From positions 124,001-188,000 of the forward strand of contig RHPI01001737.1 in assembly GCA_009103225.1 (NCBI GenBank): 64,000 bases of DNA, read 5' to 3'. A program made the position numbers and the translations under genes. Of the stretch, positions 24,179-34,585 are shown in pieces. The first letter of the stretch is position 1. The number at the start of each line of letters is the position of its first letter. The notes under the pieces were generated by a model, which made no database searches, had not been told where the DNA came from, and worked only from the letters and a program-made list of their open reading frames with translations. This DNA comes from Chlorokybus atmophyticus. Lineage: Eukaryota > Plantae > Mesostigma and Chlorokybus algae.

Positions 24179-27100
24179 TGTTAAAGGAATGGAGTCAGCC
24201 ATTATCTTCATGTCACTTTTCTACGATCAACTTATCTTTTAGCAGTTATGGTCAACGGCAGTTGCAGTCGTTACAAGTCAACTCTAGTCAACCTTTTACT
24301 TAGACTAGTGGTTATGAAGGTTACAGGAGTTGCGGGAGTTATGGAGGTTACGGGAGTTACGGTCAATTGCCGTTACACAAGTCACGCTTTGACTTTGACC
24401 AGTGTGTACTAGTGTTGACTTTGACTAGTACCACTTATAGTTGACTAGTGTACTATATAAGCCACTGTGTGTTGCTTATTCCAATAGAACCACTTTGCTC
24501 TGTTTCTTGGCGCCACACTTTGTGCATTGTGTGCTTAGCTTACTACTGTGCAATCTCTCAACAGGTTATGGGCCCACACTAGCACTAGCTACACAATAGG
24601 ATAACAAGTTGGTGATTAGCTTGGGGAGGCGCCGTCTTCATTGCAACCTAGCAAGGGAAGCATGGCGACCAGCTATGACAAGGTGAACATTGAGCCACTG
24701 GACCTCGACAACTATGGGACATGGAGCATCCGGATGCAGATGCTACTCATGCACAAGGATCTATGGTCAGTGGTGGATCCCACAGAGCGCCCTCTCGACA
24801 TGGAGGACGCACCCACAAAAAGAAGGTCATATCAGGCACTTGCTTTGATAGGATTGAATGTAGTACAGCATCACTTAGCGCTTGTTGCACGTTGCAAGTC
24901 TGCTAGAGAGTTGTGGCAGAAGTTTGCTGAGGTTTACAAGGCTAAGAACAATGCTAGGAAGTTGCAGTTGAGGAAGCAGTTGAATGCTTTGAGGAAGGAT
25001 GTTGCTGAACCTGTCATCAAGTTCATCTCACGAGCCAGGCAGCTGTGGGACGACTTGCTTGCCATTGGACATGAAGTGAAGGAGGTGGAGGTGGTCTGGG
25101 TCATCCTTGCTGGCTTGCCCAAGGAGTTCGAGATGACTGTCACCATCATGGAGTCAACCAGTGAGGAGCTCACCCTCGAGGCCATCACCCCACGCCTACT
25201 TTAGGTCGAGCAACGAGCATCCACTTCACGCCACGACGAGGCTGAAGCTGTGGCATTCGCGGCACAATCCAATCCACGCCCCAACAACAACAACGGTGGT
25301 GGGAAGAAAGAGACGCGTACCTGCCACTACTGCGATAAGAAGGGACACCTGAAGAAGGACTGTCGAAAGTTGAAGCGCGATCAGCAACAGAAACCAGGTT
25401 CTGATAGACAAGCTGGAGCCCTTGCTGCTAGCACCACTGCTATCGAAAGCGCTTGGTTGTTCGATTCTGCGTGCACACAGCATATGACCCCACACAGACA
25501 TGAGTTCCAGGAATATCATGCTCTGAGCGATGCTGCTGGTGTGAAAGTGAGCTTTGGCAACAAGCTGCACTTGCAAGCTGTGGGAGTGGGCACCGTCATC
25601 CTACACACTGTGGTGGCGGGCGCTACACACGAAGTGGCCCTGAAGGAGGTGATCCATGTGCCAGGATTAGCTTCCAGCCTGTTCTCCGTTCGAAGAGCTA
25701 CAAGCGCAGGCGCCAAAGTTGACTTCACTGCTCGAAAGTGTCAAGTCAAGGTGAACAACATTGTTGTTGTGGAGGGCACATTGCAAGAGAGCTTGTACTG
25801 CATCACACTGGTTCGGCAGCATGCGTTGTCTGCGACAGTCACTGCATCGGACAAAGCTCATCTTTGGCACCGAAGACTTGGACATCTTGGATGGGACAAC
25901 CTGGCAAGACTGGTGGCTGAGGACATGGTGGAAGGGATCAACATCAAAGCGGAGGACATCAAGGCAGTAAAAGGTGATCTATGCGAGACGTGCGTGCTGA
26001 GCAAGATGCCTAGGCAGCCTTTTCCTACCTCTTCCCGCACCAATACAGCACCCTTGCAGCTCGTGCACATGGATGTGTGCAGTCCCATGCCGGTTGCGTC
26101 TACTGGAGGGAGTTGGTACGTTGCCACTTTCATAGATGACTTCAGCAAGCTGTCTGCTATCATTCCAATTGCTGCGAAGTCGGATGTTGCTGCTGTAGTT
26201 AAGAGGACACTCACTCAGCTGGCTACACAAGCAAAGACAAAGGTGTTGGCGTTGAGAAGTGATCGAGGCTCTGAGTATCTCAACCACACCTTGAAGAGCT
26301 ACCTGGATGAGCACGGCATCAAGCATGAGACTACTGCACCCTACACCCCTGAGCAAAACGGTGCTGCGGAGCGTCTCAACCGCACGCTTGTGGAGCGCGT
26401 GCGTGCCATGCTTACAGATACAAAGCTGGACAAAGCTTTGTGGGCTGAGGCGTTTGTCACGGCCAATTACATCCGCAATAGGTCACCTACGAGCAATAAA
26501 GCCAAGACCCCGTGGGAGTTGTTCTACGGTGCGAAGCCTGATGTGACGCACATGCGTGTGTTTGGAGCCAAGGCGTATCCACACATCCCCAAGCAGCTAG
26601 GAAGGAAGCTTGAGAACGTGAGGGAGATGGGTGTCTTTGTCGGGTACGAGCCAAACTCCAAGGCGTACAGGATCTTGCTTGAGGACAGCAAGAAGATTGT
26701 GGTTTGAAGGGATGTTGTCTTCGACGAGAAGATGGTGGCGACTTCACCAACAACACCTTCTACGCCTGTGAACAATGACCTTGCTGAGGAGCCTGCGGTC
26801 ATCACCACACCATCTGCCAACGTGGAGGTTCCTAATGGTGCGCCACACCTTGAGGAGGACGAGATTGCACCTGTGGATGAGCAGGAGAGGCGCTACCCTG
26901 TGAGAATCAGAGCGCCACCTCAATTGTACCAAAGGTTCCAGGCCATGAGCGCTGAAACCACTGAGGAGAAGGAGCTAAGCACCTACCATGAGGCCAATAC
27001 AGCTCCAGATGCTGAGTTGTGGCGCAAGGCCATGGATGAGGAGATTGCTTCGCTACACGCCAACAAGACTTGGGTACTTGAGCAAGTTCCACAAGGCGTC

Positions 27101-28909
27101 AAGCCTATACCTGTCAAGTGGGTGTACGAGATCAAGCGTGACGGCAAGGGCAACATTGAGCGCTACAAGGCGCGACTTGTGGCAAAGGGCTTCCTACAGG
27201 AGGAGGGCGTTGACTACAAGGAGGTGTTTGCACCTGCCAGTAAGCACACAACCTTCAGGGCGCTACTTGCAAAGGTTGCTGTAGAGGATTTAGAGCTGCA
27301 CCACCTGGACGTGAAGACTGCTTTTCTCTATGGAGAGTTGGATAAGCAGATCTACGTGCAGTAACTCAAGGTTACGAGGAGGGAGGCTCAGGAAAGGCTT
27401 GCTTGCTACATAAGGCTCTTTATGGGCTTAAGCAAGCGCCAAGAGTCTGGCACATTTGGCTCAGCAAGGAGCTAGAGAAGATGGGCGTTCAGCAGTCATC
27501 ATCAGATCCCGGGCTCTTCATCAGTGAAGACGGCCAAGTGTGGTTGCTGGTGTATGTGGACGACATCATCTGGGCATCAAACGACACTGCAGCGATGTCA
27601 CACATCAAGGTGACACTGCAATCTGCTTTTGAGATTCGAGATCTTGGCGATGCACACTTGTTTCTCGGCATTGTCATCACCAGAGACAGAGTTGCAAGGA
27701 CAATCAAGATCACCCAGAAACAAATGGTCCTGGATGTACTCAAGAAGTTCAAGTTGCAAGACGCCAAGGGCAAGGCAACACCACTGAGCGTGGGAGTACA
27801 TCTACTAAAGGCACAGGACACTACCACTGTGCTTGACAAGGCTATATATCCATATGGTGAGCTAGTTGGGAGCCTCATCTACTTATCCATTAGCACAAGG
27901 CCTGACATCGCACAAGCCGTGGGAGTCTTGGCGAGACACATGTCAGCACCAACCATGGAGCACTGGAGGGCGGCAAAAGGAGTTCTTCGCTACCTTGGCA
28001 GCGCCTTGAACGTGGGTATCACTTTTGGGAGGACAACAGACATTGCATCACAGGGTTATTGTGATGCGGATTATGCGGGGGACCTCGACACAAGGAGGTC
28101 TACCACAGGATACACTTTCCTGATGGGAGGAGGCGTCGTTAGCTGGAACAGCCGACTACAGCCTACCGTTGCTGCATCAACCACTGAGGCCGAGTACATG
28201 GCGGCTTCATCTGCAGTAAAGGAAGCATTGTGGCTTCGCAAGCTTATGACTGACTTGGGACATGTGCTGAGCTGTGTCACAATCCTTTGTGACAACCAGG
28301 GCGCACTCAAGTTGAGTATGCACCCCATTACATCCACCAGGACAAAGCATATTGACATTATGCACCACATGGTGAGAGAGAGAGTTGCACGTGGTGAAGT
28401 GGAGTTCAAGTATTGCAGTACAGAGGACATGCTAGCTAACTGCATGACCAAGCCACTTCCACCCAACAAGTTCAAAACCTGCTGCATCGGACTTGGAGTA
28501 CAAGGTTAAGTTGCTCGCGTGGGAGTGTAAAAGGAATGGAGTCAGCCATTATCTTCATGTCACTTTTTTACGATTAACTTATCTTTTAACAGTTATGGTC
28601 AACGGCAGTTACAGTCGTTACAAGTCAACTCTAGTCAACCTTTTACTTTGACTAGTGGTTATGGAGGTTACAGGAGTTGCGGGAGTTATGGAGATTACGG
28701 GAGTTACGGTCAATTGCCGTTACACAAGTTACGCTTTGACTTTGACCAGTGTGTACTAGTGTTGACTTTGACTAGTACCACTTATAGTTGACTAGTGTAC
28801 TATATAAGCCACTGTGTGTTGCTTATTCCAATAGACCATTTTGCTCTGTTTCTTGGCGCCACACTTTGTGCATTGTGTGCTTAGCTTGCTACTGTGCAAT
28901 CTCTCAACA
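24179..28909 (+). mobile_element. Full-length but inactivated Ty1/copia retrotransposon (element A)
   Basis: LTRs 24179-24563 and 28526-28909 (TG...CA), PBS GGTTATGGGCCCAC at 24564-24577, and GCTCGCGTGGGAG before the 3' LTR. Domain order is gag, CCHC, PR, GAG-pre-INT, INT, RT, RH. No TSD (TGGGG vs ATATA). Confidence 0.97.
24662..28509 (+). pseudogene. Copia gag-pol polyprotein with premature stops and a frameshift
   Basis: CHYCDKKGHLKKDC, WLFDSACTQHMT, LWHRRLGH, LVHMDVC, RSDRGSEY, PEQNGAAERLNRTL, RYKARLVAKGF, LDVKTAFLYG, LVYVDDII, YCDADYAGD, TEAEY, CDNQGA, MLANCMTKPL. Stops at 25202-4 and 26705-7; stop plus frameshift near 27362. Confidence 0.95.
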
Positions 28910-29437
28910 ATATACAAGTGTACAAGTGTACAGATAAAGGCTGACCTATACACAAGTCTGCACTAGGGCGCTAGGCTACAACTATGGGAACTACTTCTTC
29001 ACGCCAGGTGCGAAAGTCACGCGCTTCGTTGGTCTTCAACTCGTGGATGGTGCGAGTGCTGCCGACGTTGAGGTTGATGCTTGAGAAGCCTGTACACCTG
29101 CAAAGTATACCACACTCGCCACCCTCGCCAAGGATGGCGCCACCGCGCTAGGGTTTCAAGCAACTAGATAAGGAGCTTGTGACTCACAATTCACATCTGG
29201 TGAGTGCTTGTGCCCTCAAGTGCCCAAGGCACTAGGGGCACAAGAGTCTCATAACTCATTAACGAGTTCTTGAGTTCATGGGCGCGCATTTCATGCGCTT
29301 CATGAACTCATATAACTCACACACGAGTTATATGCGACACACATCTCATGCTGGGGGGTCGCTATAGGTCGATAGATGGATATAAACAGCAAGAGCACGT
29401 ACCACCCAAGCCGAGGCTCCTCGTAAGTGTGTGCAAC

Positions 29438-30376
29438 TCAGGCAACGCTGCGCACATAGCCCTCAGCTGCAATGGCAGACTTCCAACGTCCAAACTGCTG
29501 CCACAGGTGTTGGGGCACACCAGCCTTCACGGCTTGGGTCGCAGCTCCCGAACGAGCAGAGTGTGTGCCAAAACGCGTGGGCCCTGCCGCCTTAATGGCT
29601 GCCTTCTCCCAACCAAGGATAGTGCCGTATGGCACCACAGTGTTGCGTATGACGCACGTTCTCCCGGCTCGGATGATGGAGCGCAGCAACTTGCCTGGTC
29701 CCGCGTGCCGATATCCCGAGGCAAATAACAACTTCTCGGTGTGCATCACCGGGCATAAGTCACCGCCCACAGCAGATATGTGCACTGTGGCGCCCACACC
29801 ACGTTGATTGGTTTTGCTGCGCGGGATGACGAGATCCATACGGCCTGGGCGAAAAACAATGTCCTGCGCGTTTACCTCCGCCAGGTCAGAATACCGCATC
29901 ATACCCGCAAATCTCAGCAGCACCGTCACTGTTTGCAACCTGGCCACCAAGTCCCACCCATCGCGAGCAAAGTGCGAGACCATGGCTCGCAAGAGCTCAG
30001 GCGTGTAGGCGTCCTTCTTCCGTGTGTTCAAGGACAGCAGCCTGGCAGCGGCCTCACGAACCACCGCAACGAGTGCATGCGCAGTGGGAGAGGCCTGGCC
30101 TGCCATGGCATGCGCAGCATGTACGGCCGAAGAGGCATGTTTCACAGGTGCCGGGGTGGTTGAATCCACCAACATCTTGGTCAAGAACAGGGCTACTGTG
30201 CCAGGGTCTGCTGGCAGGGCAGCCCAACCACGAGGCGTGCAGAACTTCACAAAGCGACGCCAGTAGCCCTCATAGCCCCGCAGGGTGCTGGTAGCACGTG
30301 ACGCCGCTGCCACTGCTGGGTATAAGGTGCGCAGGCGCTTAATCTCGTAGTCTCCGGGGACGTTGGGCATGAGCAA
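29438..30376 (-). CDS. Tyrosine recombinase of element F (open ORF, 312 aa)
   Basis: Catalytic residues in order: MMRYSDL (R), IPRSKTNQ (K), THSARSGAAT (HxxR), GRWKS (W), EGYV (Y). N-terminal SAM-like region TLRGYEGYWRRFVKFC. Confidence 0.93.
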   Translation of the reverse strand: MLMPNVPGDYEIKRLRTLYPAVAAASRATSTLRGYEGYWRRFVKFCTPRGWAALPADPGTVALFLTKMLVDSTTPAPVKHASSAVHAAHAMAGQASPTAHALVAVVREAAARLLSLNTRKKDAYTPELLRAMVSHFARDGWDLVARLQTVTVLLRFAGMMRYSDLAEVNAQDIVFRPGRMDLVIPRSKTNQRGVGATVHISAVGGDLCPVMHTEKLLFASGYRHAGPGKLLRSIIRAGRTCVIRNTVVPYGTILGWEKAAIKAAGPTRFGTHSARSGAATQAVKAGVPQHLWQQFGRWKSAIAAEGYVRSVA

Positions 30377-30415
30377 CTATAAGCTTCGCTCAATAGCAGC
30401 TGTATATAGCACGTG

Positions 30416-32435
30416 TCAATGGACAGAACGCAAGTCAATTCGCAATGCCCACATTCGACTGTTGGGCAAGCCCCCTTGAAGTTCCGTGACTTGCGGGGCC
30501 ACAAGCAAGCTGGGCCTTCGGGCAGGCTCACAACAAATCTGTGACAAATGGTGCCCACACGCTGCCAGGGCAGAGCACGGGCCACCAAGTTTGGGTTGTC
30601 CATACAGGAACAATAAGGCACATGCGAGCCCTGCATTCGCGGGCATGACGCAGAGCAGTGCCAACCCGGTGTGGTGGGGGATGGCACCAGTTGTTGCAAC
30701 CTCTCCAGTCACAATGAAAGGCATTGCCGGATGAGCCCGGACATGGTAACACCGAGTTGAAGGCCACACACACTGTGTTGGCATCCGTGGCAAAGCGGTC
30801 CACATCAAAGGGGCCCCACTTGCGAGCGAGCAAGCGAACCCATGTGGTTTGCAAGGTCCAACCGTTCCAATTTGGTGCTTTGGAGAGCGCGTCCGCCTCC
30901 TCATTGAGTTCACGTGGTAACCACTCCACATGCAAGCAAATGCAATGCCGATGGCAATGTAAGAAAATACGGCATGCCACTTGCTGCAAGTGTTCGGCCT
31001 CACTGCCTCCATTGCGCATAATGTAGTACACATTGCGGGCATCGCCATAGCACAGCACCGTGCGTGCATGTAGCTCCTCCTCGACAGTGAGCAATGCACG
31101 CTTAAGTCCCAATAACTCGCGATGTATTGATGAAGTCAAGCACTCAGCAGGTGTGAATGTGCCCTTCGCCACGGGGGTAGCTGTGCCATGGCGCACTAGT
31201 CCCCAACCAGTGCCGCTAGCATCCACAAATTGCACTATGTCCGGCTGCACGGTAGGCCAAATGGGTGCCATGTTAAGCTCCTCAAAGTGGTCTCTCAGCC
31301 ACGATAAGTCCGTGATCTCAGGGTGGCGTAGCATCATGTGAGAGCTCCAAAAGCGGCGGGTCTCAATTAAGCGGCGTGTATGCCAAGTCATGAGTTTGAC
31401 GGCAGGGCCCAACACCATGAACTTAGATTGCAGCTTGCCACAAATGCGGGCCAGCAAGCTCATTGATACATGGCGCTTGTCATCAAATGCGCGTTGCAAG
31501 TCTCTAAGCAAACCATTGCGCTTCTTGCCGGGGATACGAACAGTGCCAGCGTGTGTATCCCACACAAAGCCGAGGAAGATGATGACTCTACTTAGCACGA
31601 TCTGCGCCTTTGTATTAATCACCAGCCCGCACCATGCTGCATCTGCTTGCACAATGGATAAAGTGGAGGCATGCTCTGCCTTGGAGCGAGCAGCAAACAG
31701 GAAGTCGTCGATGTATAGCAATACGCGAATGCCCTGCACACGCCAACGGCGCACCAATTGCTTCATAATCTTTGTGAACACGAAGCAAGCCGTGCTCAAC
31801 TCAAATGGCAACGAACAAAAGTTGAACACTTTGCTTGCAAACGAGAACCCCAAGTAACCCAAAAAGGCGGGGTGGATGTCCACATGATGATAGCCGGATG
31901 TCAAGTTTGTAGAGAACAACCAGTCCTCAGGTTGCAGCAAGTCCGGGATGCTGCGTACATCCTCATACTTGAATGGCGTGTTTACCATATAGGAGTTGAC
32001 ATAGCGCAAGTCCATAATGAGGCGCAACTTGCGGCCATCATCGACCACGTTGAGTGGGCTCGCCACGAGGGGGGGTGTCACACACTCGTGTCCGGCCCCA
32101 CTATGCACTAGGTTGGCGATGGCAGCCGCGGTGAAGTCCGCAAACTCATGCACACTCTTGTGGTTGGTGAATGCCCATTTGGGGGGTGGGTCTGCCGCCC
32201 ATGGTAGTTTGTACCCGTACTCCACCCATGAGAGCACCATAGTAGACTCACAGAATTCACACCATGCTGGCAGGGCATCACGCAGTCGATGACGCATGTA
32301 AGGCCCTTCAACGATAAGGTTGGCAGGGACGCGAGCAAACTCATAATGCTTCATCCAGTCGTGAACAAGGTCCTCCTCTGTGCTAGTACAGGCTGCTGCA
32401 CACGACCACGAAGTGTCCTCAACAACGGAGCTCAA
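30416..32435 (-). pseudogene. DIRS-type RT, RNase H and N6-adenine methyltransferase-like polyprotein of element F
   Basis: RT: KLRLIMDLRYVN, NLTSGYHHV, LPFELSTACFVFTK, LYIDDFL. RH: FVDASGTGWG, SSIHRELL, YGDARN, RELNEEADALSK. MT-like: DVDRFAT...NAFHCDW..NNWCHPPP...LIVPVWTTQTWW. Premature stop at 30528 and a frameshifted tail to 30416. Confidence 0.92.
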
Positions 32436-32849
32436 TTAGAGCCTCAACGGCATGACGACCATAAAATGGCCACAACTCGTGCAGATAGTGTTCGAATTGG
32501 GTTCTGTTTTACTCAGCACGACGCTATTAGCCTCATTGTAATGGTCATAATGTGTCGATGAGACTCCCAGCAAAAGTTACAAGGAAGATAGCGATTTTTT
32601 AAGTAGTGGATCACAAATCCGACACTTCCATTCGGGGGATTCTGAGACCCCCAGCAAAAGTTACAAGCAAGATAGCGATTTTGTAAACAATGGATCACAA
32701 ATGCAACACTTTCATTCATCCGGCTCGCAATTTGATTCACTAAAGCAGCAGTTGCGAACACAAAAATGTGCCCCACCGGGCTATAGCATCAACAGTGCAA
32801 GTGTACAGCTACTAGGCTGTCACAACAACTACAGAGCTGCGCTACCAAA

Positions 32850-34350
32850 TCAGTGGCCGCCACGCCCTGTTGAGGGCTTACGGCAATAGGCACGCAAGTG
32901 CCCTATCTCCCCACAGTTGTAACAGGTGCGGGCATTGCGCTGGCCCCCCGAAGACGCGGCCTGAGACTGCATAGGCGCGGACCTGTAACTGGTATGCCCC
33001 GCACCAGATGCATAAGATCCAAAGTAGCGGGGGGGGGGGGGGGGGGGGGGGGNCCCGTTGATGGGAGTGTAGGCCGCCTTCGCCTTGGGCTTGGGCTGCG
33101 CCGCAGCTGCCTCTTTAATTGCCTTCTTAAGGCGCTTTGCCTCTGCATCGTCCGTAGCGAGGGTCTCTTATGAGCTCCTCCACCACTTTCCAACTATGCT
33201 TGTTGGCCACTTCCACATGGTGGAACTGCGTGCACACCTCGTCCAATGCTGGTGCACAGAGCACATGTGTGTGAGCAACACTGGTTGCGGCCATTCATGC
33301 ATAAGCTCAGAGCCATTGGGTTTAACGCCAGGCGCACCCGCATTGACATCACCATCTCCCACATGTAAATGTAATGGCAAACCTGTTGTGCCTTTTACCT
33401 TGCTATGAATAGTCATAATGTGAATACAGAGGTGGACATGCAAGGGTGTTAAGTGCGGGCCCTCCCCCCCCTACCGGACACGGGGGGAGGAGGGATGTGG
33501 AACAATTTATATATGTAGATGCCTCTACGTAAATGACAAGCCCGCACCTTCATAAGGCCGATGATGCACGCATGTGCATGTTCACATGAGTAAAGTCCGC
33601 ACCCTCATGCGTGTCCTACATGTGTGCTCGTGCAAATGGCCATGCTTAACAAAGAATGAGCCCACCTTTCATGTTGTCTTTGCGGCCTTTGGCGAAGTGG
33701 GGATCCTTGACGACGTGAGAGGGCACACGGTCGAAGGAGGCCGCTGCCGAGGCAATGTAAGCCGCCACATCGATGTGTTGCCGAGCCCGCTTTTTCATGT
33801 TCTCCTTCCAAGGGACCGCGGGATCGCTAAAGGGAATGGCCAATGCCTTCGCACGAGCATTCGGTGTAGTGGAGTCGCCTTTATCGCGGCGAAGGATGCT
33901 CACGAGAAGCGGGTGGTTGGGCTCATTGACGGGCTCATCATGAGGGATGAATGGCGCCTTCCCACGCCTAAGACGCATGTTTTCCGCCTCCAACTCCTCC
34001 AACCTCCTCGCCATGGCCTCCATGGGTGTCAAGGACGGGGTGGAAGTGTTGGAGAGCGGGCTTGCCTCCCTCTCTTTACGCTTGTAAGTGACGACGGGCG
34101 GGTCCTCATCATCCTCGTCCTCATCATCGTCGCCATCACCCTCCTTGTTCACCTCCTCTTCTCCCACCTCCACGGGGGGGCGCACCCGTCTCTCCTCACT
34201 TGCCGCTCTTCTCTCCTCCTCCTCACTCAAAGTGTGGCGACGCGGACTTGTAGCCCGCGCCAACCTATTGGCGGCAAGCCTAGCCGCCTTGGCCGTGGCT
34301 TCCACGTCCTCTCCATCGCCACGGGCACTTTTTGACCGTGTGGTGGTCAT
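32850..34350 (-). pseudogene. gag of element F in two exons (34350-33666 and 33248-32850) with a C-terminal zinc knuckle
   Basis: MTTTRSKSAR...KDNMK, then AAAG|GTGGGC donor and ACCAG|CA acceptor, giving in-frame ALDEVCTQFHHVEVANKH. One frameshift and an N in a G run follow, then TCYNCGEIGHLRAYC...GH*. Confidence 0.8.
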
Positions 34351-34585
34351 GGAGGTCGACCGCCTATTCTTCCTCCAAACCACACTCGCCACCCTCGCCA
34401 AGGATGGCGCCGCCGCGCTAGGGTTTCAAGCGACTAGATAAGGAGCTTGTGACTCACAACTCACATCTGGTGAGTGCTTGTGCCCCCAAGTGCCCAAGGC
34501 ACTAGGGGCACAAGAGTCTTATAACTCATTAACGAGATCTTGAGTTCATGAGCGCGCATTTCATGCGCTTCATGAACTTATATCA

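Larger units (their letters stand above)
28910..34585 (-). mobile_element. PAT/TOC-like DIRS tyrosine-recombinase retrotransposon with split direct repeats (element F), 3' end truncated by copia A
   Basis: Coding-strand order: A1 (34585-34379), gag, RT/RH/MT, YR, B1 (29375-29348), A2 (29313-29109), then unique sequence matching 42793-42992. B2 is missing here but present at 42733-42760. Confidence 0.93.

Noticed and set aside
24290-24450. CRISPR-like or iteron array
   Set aside because: Short irregular GGAGTTA and TTGACT modules inside a eukaryotic LTR, with no repeat-spacer periodicity.
29438-30376. Phage integrase, Crypton or bacterial contamination
   Set aside because: The YR follows a DIRS-type RT/RH/MT within split direct repeats, so it belongs to the retrotransposon.
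33574-34335. 253 aa plus-strand ORF and similar antisense ORFs over GC-rich coding regions (e.g. 12718-13293, 61986-62759)
   Set aside because: Shadow frames of better-supported genes on the opposite strand, with no recognisable motifs.
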